A DNA stretch of 64,000 nt from Candidatus Multivorans sp. Its GTDB lineage: Bacteria > Acidobacteriota > Thermoanaerobaculia > Multivoradales > Multivoraceae. The translations under genes and the position numbers were made by a program. Below, piece after piece: positions 55,768-64,000 of this stretch. The first letter of the stretch is position 1. The number at the start of each line of letters is the position of its first letter. The notes beneath the pieces were generated by a model, which was not told the DNA's origin, searched no databases, and saw only the letters and a list, made by a program, of their open reading frames with translations. The DNA lies in NCBI GenBank assembly GCA_965247095.1, contig OZ251997.1, positions 4,256,001 to 4,320,000 on the forward strand, in the 5' to 3' direction.

Positions 55768-58700
55768 TTGCCCGGCCAACTCTTCACCCAGTACTTCCTC
55801 ACCGACGGTATTCGGGACACGGCGGAGTGGCGGGAGTCGGTCCGTCACCCGGAGGCCTTCGCCGAGTTCCAGGCGAGGGTCCCCACTCTCCTCGCGGCGT
55901 TCAGCCGCTCCAGCGATCCGAACGAGGCGGTCACCGAGGCGGATCTGATCCGGCCCATCCTGGAGCTGCTCGGATGGTCGCACTACCTGCCGCAGCAGGC
56001 GACGGCGCGGGGCGAGGACGTTCCGGACCACCTGCTGTTTGAAGATGCCGAATCGAAGGCCCGTGCCAACCAACGTACCGTTCCCGGCGACCGCTATCTC
56101 GACGCTCTCCTGGTCCAGGAGAGCAAGCGGTTCGGTTTGCCTCTGGATGGCCGGGACCGTGCCGGCCGCTTGTACGTGGGCACGCCGCATGGGCAGATCC
56201 TCCGGTACCTGGCCACGGCCGAGAGCGTCTCGGATGGCCGGATCCGTTGGGGCATCCTGACCAACGGCGATCGCTGGAGGCTGTACGACCACCGGGCGCG
56301 TCCTCGCGCCAGCGGGTACTTCGAGGCGAACCTCCCAGCCCTGTTGGAACAGGGCGACGAAGAAGGTCTGAGAAGGTTCTTTCTCCTGTTCGCTCGTCGG
56401 GCGTTCACGCTGCAGGACGGAGCGACGGCGACCTTCATCGAAAGGGCGATCGCAGAGGGGAAGCGCTATGAGGAGAAGGTCGCCGAGGACCTCTCCCAGG
56501 CCGTCTTCGACGATGCCTTCCCCCGACTTCTGAACGCGCTTGCCAAAGAGGCCCCGTCGGCCGATCTGCGGGAGATCCGCGACGCCGCGCTGATCTTCCT
56601 CTACCGGCTTCTGTTCGTTCTCTACGCCGAGGACCGGGGTCTCTTGCCGGTGAACGACCCCAGGTACGACGACTACGGTCTGAGGCGGCGAGTGCGGGAC
56701 GACATTGCCCGCCGGATGGCCGAAGGGGACACGTTCTCGAGCACGGCCGGCAACTACTACAACCGTCTGATGGAGCTCTTCCGGCAGATCGACGGCGGTG
56801 ACCGGTCGATCGGCCTACCGCCTTACAACGGCGGTCTGTTCGCCGAGGAAGCGGCGCCTCTGCTGGCAAGGGTTCGTCTCGCAGACAGTGAGACGGCCCC
56901 GGTCGTCTTCGGGCTCAGCCATTTCGGCCACAGGGGCGATGGTCAGGCCAAGTTCGTCAACTACCGCGACATGTCGGTTCAGCAGCTTGGTTCGATCTAC
57001 GAGCGGCTCCTTGAGCGCGAGCCGGTCCGAGATCCGGCAGGCAACGTCTCGATCCAGCTCAACCGTTTCGCGCGGAAGGACAGCGGCAGCTTCTATACGA
57101 GCCAGGAACTGGTCGACCTGATCGTCGAGCAGACGCTGAAGCCCCTGGCGGAAGAGCGTCTGCGGGCGTTCGAGGCGAAGGCCGAGGACCTCAGCAGCGA
57201 CCGCCGGACCAAGGCCGACCGCCTGGCGGATCTGGTGCAGATCGACCCGGCGGAGGCCGTGTTGGATCTCAAGGTGCTCGATCCCGCCATGGGAAGCGGC
57301 CACTTCCTGGTCACGGCCGTGGACTTCCTTTCCGACTATGTGGCGGAACTCATCGAGTACGTGCCGGCGGTGCCGGACTGGCTTGACGAGCCGTACGAAT
57401 CGCCTCTGGTGGGTCGGATCGCTCGTATTCGGCAGGGCATCCTCCATCGCGCCGCCGAATCGGAATGGGTGATCGACGAGGCGCAGCTCACCGACCAGGC
57501 GATCATCCGGCGAATGGTGCTCAAGCGCTGCATCTACGGAGTAGACAAGAACCGCCTGACGGTGGAACTGGCCAAGGTGTCGCTGTGGCTGCACAGCTTC
57601 ACTGTCGGTGCGCCGTTGTCATTCCTGGACCATCACCTGCGTTGCGGCGATTCCCTCGTCGGACTCAGGGTCGGCGATGGAACGGATGAGCTTCGCCGCC
57701 TCGGCGGGCTGATCGCCTCCAGCGCCATCCAGGGCGCGGAGAACGCGGTCGCCGGGATGGAACTGATCGAAGAGATGTCCGACGCGGACGTGGCGGAGGT
57801 TCGGGAGTCGGCCAGGCTCTTCGAGGGTGTCGACCAGGCGACCTCCGAGTTGCGCCGCGTGCTCGATTGCCTGTGCGCCTTGCGTTGGCTGACCGCGGGT
57901 ATGAAGAAGAGACAGCGCAACGAGTTCGAGACGCGTGGACTGCTCGAAGTGGTTGGCGCCTATCCAGCCAAGGCGTACTCACTCCTCGCAGAGGGGCCGG
58001 GAGCAATTGATCCGACATCGGCGGCCGGTTCGGATGACGCCGGCCTCTCGAGATTCGCCGAGCTATGGCGTGATGCCCGCGCCCTGGCCGAACGCGAGAC
58101 CTTCCTGCATTGGGAGGTGGCTTTCCCGGGCGTGTGGCGACACTGGCAGCGGCGGAGCCCGGAGGGTGGGTTCGACGCGGTGATCGGCAATCCGCCCTGG
58201 GACCGGATCAAACTCCAGGAAGTGGAGTGGTTCGCGACCCGTGATCCGGAGTTGGCCCGCGCTCCCACGGCGGCACAGCGCCGTATTGGCATCAAGAAAC
58301 GCCGAAACCGGGGCGAACCGTTGGCCGCCGCGTTCGACGAGGCGAAGCGGCGCGCCGACAGCCTGCTGGCGTTGTTCCGGACTTCGGGCGACTATCCGTT
58401 GCTCGGCAGGGGCGACATCAACCTGTACTCGCTGTTCGTCGAGCGGGCGCTGAAGGTGCTCAAGCCGGGCGGCCTGGTGGGGCTGCTCGTGCCTTCAGGC
58501 ATCTACGCCGACAGGACGGCCGCGCCGTTCTTCCAATCGATGTCTAGCGGGGGACGAGTGGCCGGGTTGTTCGACTTCGAGAATCGACGGTTGGGCGCCG
58601 GACAGCCGCCGTTCTTCCCCGACGTCGATTCGCGGTTCAAGTTTTCGCCCTGGTCCTCGGCGGTGATGAACGGTCGTTCGCGGAGACTCGGTGCGGGTTC

Positions 58701-59840
58701 TTCCTGGACAGCGCAGGAGATCTGAGCGACCCGGAACGGTGCTTCCCCCTGAGTCCGGTCGACTTCACGCGGGTCAATCCGAACACCGGCACCGCGCCCG
58801 TGTTCCGCACCCGCCGGGACGCCGAGATCACGCGGGGCATCTACGAACGTCATCCGGTGCTGGTGGACCGATCCGGGGGTGGGGAGCGGCGGGTTTGGCC
58901 GGTTCGCTACAACCGAATGTTCGACATGACGAACGACTCCCACCTCTTCAGGACTGCTGCTGAGCTTGAGGCGGCCGGCTGCTACCCGATTGCCGGGAAT
59001 CGGTGGAAGCGAGGCGAGGAAGAGTGGCTGCCCTTGTATGAGGGAAAGATGGTCCAGGCCTACGACCACCGGGCCGCGAATGTCGTGGTCAACCCTGAGA
59101 ACCTGAACCGGCCTGCACAGCCGCGGGAGGCCACGTTGGCGGAGCACGTCGATCCCTGCTGGTCGCCTGATCCGCAGTTCTGGGTGGCCGCCGATGACTT
59201 AGCCTGGCCCGAAGGTCTCGACTGGGCCGTCGCCTTCAAGGACGTCACGGCGCCGACCAACGTCCGCACCATGATCGCCGCTCTCGTGCCTCGCTCCGGC
59301 GTGGGCAACACGCTTCCGTTGCTCCTTCCGGGTGGCGTTGGCCCAGCTCCGGGCAACGCCGAGGCACTGTGGCTGCTCGCGGCGAACTTCAACTCGTTCG
59401 TCTTCGACTTCGTCGCGCGACAGAAGGTCCAGGGCCAGCACTTGAACTGGTTCATCGTCGAGCAACTGCCGGTGATCGGTCCTAAGGACTATGAGCGCCG
59501 ATTTGGGGACAAGACCGCTCGGGATCTCGTCCGTGACCACGTCCTGCGTCTGACCCGCACAGCGCACGACATGGAGCCGTTCGCGAATGACCTCGGGTAC
59601 GACGGGCCGGCCTTCGACTGGGACGACGAGGAGCGTCGACATCTGAAGGCATGGCTCGATGCGCTGTACTTCCTGCTCTATGGCCTGTCTCGGGACGAAG
59701 CAGAGCACGTGCTTGGGACGTTCCCTATCGTCCGGCGGCAGGACGAGGCGGAGTTCGGGCGGTATCGGACGCGAGATCTGGTCCTCGCCTACGTGAACGC
59801 GCTGGACGCTGGGGATCCAGAGACGGCAGTCGCGATCTAG
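55768..59840 (+). pseudogene. Type IIG/IIL restriction-modification enzyme (REase + m6A MTase + TRD), split by a single frameshift near 58646
   Basis: PD...ESK, DPAMGSGHF, NPPW; the alternative frame continues ALVLGGDERSF...NPNTGTAPVFR to the TRD and stop at 59840. Confidence 0.85.
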
Positions 59841-59906
59841 TCGCCGCCGGTCCTCTCTCGCCTTGGCTAGGCCTTGGGCGTGCGTGAACTGGGACCTGTG
59901 GCGGCG

Positions 59907-60806
59907 TCACGGAGTTCTGGTCCAGCGAGTCGGGACGCGCTCTGGCGAGATTGCAAAACACTGTTCCTCGAAGATCGCCTCTAGTATCCACGCGACCCGG
60001 TCGGCTGCGTCGACATGAACGGCATCTCGAATCACGACCTGTTTGACCTTGAAGTCGAGTGACTCGATCCTAGCCCTCTCGTTCGCGTCGCCGTGCAGTA
60101 CCGGTGTTCCCTCTTCGAACACTAAGGAATAGGAGCGGAGTCCGTCCTCTCGTGAGCAGGTCACTTGACCGGGCACTCGGCCAGCAGGTATAGGCAGCCC
60201 CACCGAAATCGGGAGCGCGAGTGTGTAGTTGATGACATCGCGCAGTGAAGCGGTTGATCCGTCCTTCATGGGGACCCGCAGCTCGTTGCCTGACGTAGCA
60301 CGGCCGAGCTTCTGGGATGGCCTCGCGCCCTTGATCACGGCCTGGCTGTCAACGACTACGTCCTGAAGAAGGCAAAGGTCAACGGAGAGACGTCTGATGA
60401 AGCCGTTCCAGTCGGCGTCGGTGACCGGTCGAAGCCGCACTAGGCTGATCCTCTTGCCCGCCGCGAAGCGTTCAGCTGGTTTAGTGAATCCATTGAGGGA
60501 GACCAGCACTCCCTTCTCAATGCCAGTGTCGTGGAGCATTGAGGACAGCATGGCGACGCTGGGCCTGCCGACTCTGCGATCCCAGTACTTGCAATCGATT
60601 GCCGTACGGTATCTGTGAAGGCCGTCGGTGTGGGAAGCGAGGACGTCGATCTGGTATGGCGTGCCGGACGAACCGTGGACCCGGCAAGCCGGGCCCCAGC
60701 ATTCAACTGTTACGCCAGACGCTTGCCCCAATCGTTGGTAGATGTCCTTCGTGAGTTCCTCGTATGATTGCCAGTTCACATTCGCTCCTTGGCCGAGCGT
60801 TGTCAC
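59907..60806 (-). CDS. Mrr-like PD-(D/E)XK restriction endonuclease
   Basis: WQSYE, GSSG..YQIDV, IDCKYW, GFTKPA. Confidence 0.8.
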   Translation of the reverse strand: MTTLGQGANVNWQSYEELTKDIYQRLGQASGVTVECWGPACRVHGSSGTPYQIDVLASHTDGLHRYRTAIDCKYWDRRVGRPSVAMLSSMLHDTGIEKGVLVSLNGFTKPAERFAAGKRISLVRLRPVTDADWNGFIRRLSVDLCLLQDVVVDSQAVIKGARPSQKLGRATSGNELRVPMKDGSTASLRDVINYTLALPISVGLPIPAGRVPGQVTCSREDGLRSYSLVFEEGTPVLHGDANERARIESLDFKVKQVVIRDAVHVDAADRVAWILEAIFEEQCFAISPERVPTRWTRTP

Positions 60807-60849
60807 CCGGCATCCTCGCCTCGTGATTGCTCCACGTCAACCGTTCTAG

Positions 60850-62818
60850 CCCGAAGTTCTGAGCTTCAAGTCGTGAAATCGCCTGTAGTGGTGGGCGTTT
60901 TCAGTTGTTCGGCGGTGTCTTGTACTGGGTACGTCGGCTTCAGGGGCGGATGCCGAGTAGTTTGAAGGCTTCGTTCTGGAGTGGAGTGGGCCGTGCGAGG
61001 ACGTCGGCGGTGGAGTCGGCCTTGCCGTGCATCCGCACGCGGTTTCGGGTCAGCGTGGCCAGGTCGGCGAGCAAGGTCTGGAAGCTGTGGACGGGGAGTC
61101 CGTCGGGGGTCCTCCGGGAGTTGGCCTTGGTCATTGCCTCGTGCGACCTTCGCGCGGGATCGACGGGCGACTCGCGTTGGTCGTCGCGGCGTTGGTCGTC
61201 GAAGAGGAGGGGCGCCAGGGTCCGGCGCATGTGCCACTCGACGTAGTAGGCGAGCATGCAGAGGAAGACGTGGGCGCGTACCCTCGAGGCTAGGCGATGG
61301 TGGACGGGGCGCACTTTGAGGTCGACGCTCTTGTAGGAGCGGAAGGCGCGTTCGACGCGGCTGAGGCTCTTGTAGGCGCGGACCGCATCGGCTGCCGGCA
61401 GTTCGTCTTCGGGGACGTTGGTGCGGATGACGTAGAAGCCGTCGAGAGCGGCTTCCTCGGCGATGCGCGCCTCGTTGCGGCGGTATTGGAAGCCGTCCTC
61501 TTCGATCTCGACCTCGAAGTGCTTGCCGACCTTGTAGGCGCCCAGGGCGCGGTCCGCGCGCACGGCGATGGCGTCCTTGCCGCGCAGGGGGTTCTTCTTG
61601 CGCCGCGTCGCCGCAACGACGGCGTCGAGCTTGCGCTCGGTGGATTCGAGAAGCTCCTGGCGCTTGCGGCCGCGTTCCTCCGCCAGAAGCGGGTTCCGGC
61701 ACACCACGAGGCGCTCCTTGGGGTACAGCTCCGGGACGCTGATCTCGGCCATCTTCCGCTGGTCGAAGAGCGACAGTTGCAGGTGGCCTTCCTGGGCCAG
61801 CGTCCTGATCGCCGGCGCGCGCAGGGCGCTGATCCAGGACAGGCCCGCGGGGTCGAGGTCCTCGCGGATGCGCGCGTCGGTGATCAGGCCCCGGTCTGAG
61901 ACCATCACGATCCTCTCCAGCGAGAAGCGGTCGCGGAGCTTCTGCACCTGGGCGTTCAGGGTCGTCGGATCGGCCGTGTTGCCCTCGAATACCTCGACCG
62001 CGACCGGGCATCCGTCCCGGCTGCAGAGCAGGCCGAAGACGATCTGGACCTTGCCTCTCTTCTTGTCCCTGGAGTAGCCGTGCCTGGCCAGCGTGCACTT
62101 CCTGCCCTCAAAGTAGACCGAGGTCACGTCGTAAAGCACCAGCGAGCCGTCTTCCAGATGCCGCCGGGCAAGAGTCCGCTCGATGCGCGGCTGTCTTTCG
62201 AGCAGCCAGTCCATGGCGCCGTAGAGTTCGTCGGCCGAGGCCTCCTGCACGCCGAGTTCCTCGCCGAGGGTGTGGCTCATGGTCTCGCTTGCGAGTCCGC
62301 GGGCGGTGGCGAGCTTGGATCGCGGCTCGAGGATGCGGGCCGCGATCATGGCCAGCGCCAGCGCCCGTTCGCGCGAGGGCCGTCGGTCGAGGAGTCGTTC
62401 GATGCCGAGGCTTCGGGCCGCGCCGAGCACGGCGGCGACATGGCCGTGCGGTCTGGCGCGCAGGATCTCGAAGGCGGCCTCGAGCGAAGGCAGGGCGACT
62501 CCTCCCTTGAACAGGGTTCTGAGTCCTTCGACGAGTTGGTCGGGCCACTTGGAGAGGTTGGCGAGAGTGCGTTTCTTGACCTTTCCGTCCTGTCGGTAGG
62601 ACTCTCTCAGCAGGACGGCGGGTGGTGAGTTTCGGTTGGGTACCCGTTCTATGTACATGGCTTCCTATTGTAGACGAAACCATTCAGGATGTCTACATGC
62701 CACGAGATCATTACATGGCTACCAATGGCAGAAAACAGGGGCGGCCCAACACCCGAAAACCCAAGCACTGCAACGCCTCTCGACGACGAGGACGCCCCAG
62801 GAGCCTCAGAACTTCGGG
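60850..62818 (-). mobile_element. IS1634-family element, copy 2 (divergent)
   Basis: 14-bp IR CCCGAAGTTCTGAG; CTAG duplicated on both flanks. Confidence 0.92.
60940..62658 (-). CDS. IS1634 transposase
   Basis: YDVTSVYFEG, SDRG, YKSLSRVERAFR. Confidence 0.93.
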   Translation of the reverse strand: MYIERVPNRNSPPAVLLRESYRQDGKVKKRTLANLSKWPDQLVEGLRTLFKGGVALPSLEAAFEILRARPHGHVAAVLGAARSLGIERLLDRRPSRERALALAMIAARILEPRSKLATARGLASETMSHTLGEELGVQEASADELYGAMDWLLERQPRIERTLARRHLEDGSLVLYDVTSVYFEGRKCTLARHGYSRDKKRGKVQIVFGLLCSRDGCPVAVEVFEGNTADPTTLNAQVQKLRDRFSLERIVMVSDRGLITDARIREDLDPAGLSWISALRAPAIRTLAQEGHLQLSLFDQRKMAEISVPELYPKERLVVCRNPLLAEERGRKRQELLESTERKLDAVVAATRRKKNPLRGKDAIAVRADRALGAYKVGKHFEVEIEEDGFQYRRNEARIAEEAALDGFYVIRTNVPEDELPAADAVRAYKSLSRVERAFRSYKSVDLKVRPVHHRLASRVRAHVFLCMLAYYVEWHMRRTLAPLLFDDQRRDDQRESPVDPARRSHEAMTKANSRRTPDGLPVHSFQTLLADLATLTRNRVRMHGKADSTADVLARPTPLQNEAFKLLGIRP

Positions 62819-63138
62819 CTAGAGGAGAGCAGTAAACGGCCGGCCGCGTGCCGTGTGCGGCGCAGTTCCTGTTCCGATTGGAGGTTCAGGCTCTACTTCC
62901 TTCCTTCGTAGGGATTCACCTCAGGTGTAGGGGCACACCCTGGCTCCACCCGTGGTGAAAGGGAGCGGACGCCATGTTAAGAGAGCTGGATAGATGAAGG
63001 GGAATGTCAGACGAGTTGCGGGCTCCACTCTGCACCGGGTAACGTAGCCCCGTCCCCGTCGCGAGTCTTCTTCTGTCGTCACAACGTCAGGCCGATCGTC
63101 CGCAACTCCGCCGCCCCGGCTCGCACGATGCCCTCCGG

Positions 63139-64000
63139 GTGGTGGGGTGCACCATGCTCTTCGCGGCTTGCACGGCGGCGCCCGACCAAGACCGCCCGAG
63201 CGGACCGCCGTGGGAGATCCCGGTGGTGGTGGTTCGCTATCTCCCCACGAGCGACGGTGACGTGGTCGATCGATCGGTCACCGGCGACTGGGGTGAGTCC
63301 ATCGCCGACACGCGCCGGAAGACGGATTCTCTCACCGCGGCGCTCGTCGTGGCGCTCGAGGACGGATCGCGGTATCGCGCCTATGTCGACTCGGCCGCAC
63401 CTCCCAGCCTGCGCTACCAAGTGGTCCACACGGAGGAACGGCTCAAACCCCTGCCCACCTTTGACAAACCCGGGCACGACGTGCCGATGACGGACTATGG
63501 CGCGATCGCGGCCGCTCATGACATCGCCGGCTGGGTTGAGGACGAGGGCGTGAAGGAAGTGTGGATCTGGGGCTATCACGGCGGCGTCATCGACCTGTGG
63601 GAGTCCAACATGGCCGGTCCCTGGGGGGACGTGAGCAACAGCGATCGCGATACCCTCGACCTGCCGGTGACCAGCCGTACCTATACGGTGTACCATTACA
63701 ACTACCAGCGCGGTCTGTCGGAAGCGATCGAAAACCATATGCACCAGCTGGAGGCAGTGATGAATGCCGCGGACGAGCGCGATTCGACGCCCGATGATGC
63801 CTGGAGCGATCTGTTGTTCTGGGGCAAATTCGTGGGAAGTGACATCTCGCACCGTATCGTGAGTCCGCGGTGCGGGTGGTCGCACATTCCGCCGAACGGC
63901 GAGCGAGATTACGACTGGGCGAATCAGCGGTTCGTCGAGAGCGATTGCGAAGATTGGCGTCCCGACCGCATGGGCGCCACGCAGCGGACGAATTGCGAGC
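63139..64000 (+). CDS. Hypothetical protein, possibly a lipoprotein (partial, runs off window)
   Basis: Open frame absent from the ORF track: LFAAC...EIPVVVVRYLP...VKEVWIWGYH...HYNYQRG...HMHQLE...CGWSHIPPNG. Confidence 0.65.
   Translation, partial: MVGCTMLFAACTAAPDQDRPSGPPWEIPVVVVRYLPTSDGDVVDRSVTGDWGESIADTRRKTDSLTAALVVALEDGSRYRAYVDSAAPPSLRYQVVHTEERLKPLPTFDKPGHDVPMTDYGAIAAAHDIAGWVEDEGVKEVWIWGYHGGVIDLWESNMAGPWGDVSNSDRDTLDLPVTSRTYTVYHYNYQRGLSEAIENHMHQLEAVMNAADERDSTPDDAWSDLLFWGKFVGSDISHRIVSPRCGWSHIPPNGERDYDWANQRFVESDCEDWRPDRMGATQRTNCE

Noticed and set aside
1-64000. Numerous long overlapping or antisense ORFs in the track (e.g. 675-2234, 5692-7203, 10341-11987, 30929-32467)
   Set aside because: Shadow ORFs of GC-rich coding DNA; Arg/Pro/Gly-rich with no motifs, and opposite well-supported genes
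1-64000. rRNA, tRNA or CRISPR array
   Set aside because: No cloverleaf, rRNA-like tract or regularly spaced repeat-spacer array seen by eye; no cas genes

Overview
GC-rich bacterial window. Gene content (PQQ dehydrogenases, sulfatase, DUF3604, TPR, many IS) resembles an Acidobacteriota-like genome, but this is an inference. Four zones: (1) 1-19962, intact catabolic genes, including a D-2-hydroxyacid dehydrogenase followed by a four-subunit 2-oxoacid:ferredoxin oxidoreductase and a sulfatase, an enolase-superfamily enzyme, esterase, acyl-CoA ligase, SDR, a RelE-type TA pair and a PQQ dehydrogenase. (2) 19963-30776, a heavily eroded patchwork of gene fragments with an IS3, an IS4 and an IS91/ISCR-like remnant. 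(3) 30791-45349, an imuA-imuB-dnaE2 mutagenesis cassette split by about 8.7 kb of accessory, TA and defence-like genes. (4) 45634-64000, a defence/TA-rich region with Fic, a PD-(D/E)XK protein, a decayed MNT-HEPN pair, DUF222-HNH, a frameshifted type IIG R-M gene, an Mrr-like nuclease and two IS1634. The most unusual signal is a family of palindromic REP-like units, plus a 69-bp double-hairpin element that appears to target them. Both occur in frame inside protein-coding genes. No rRNA, tRNA or CRISPR array was seen.
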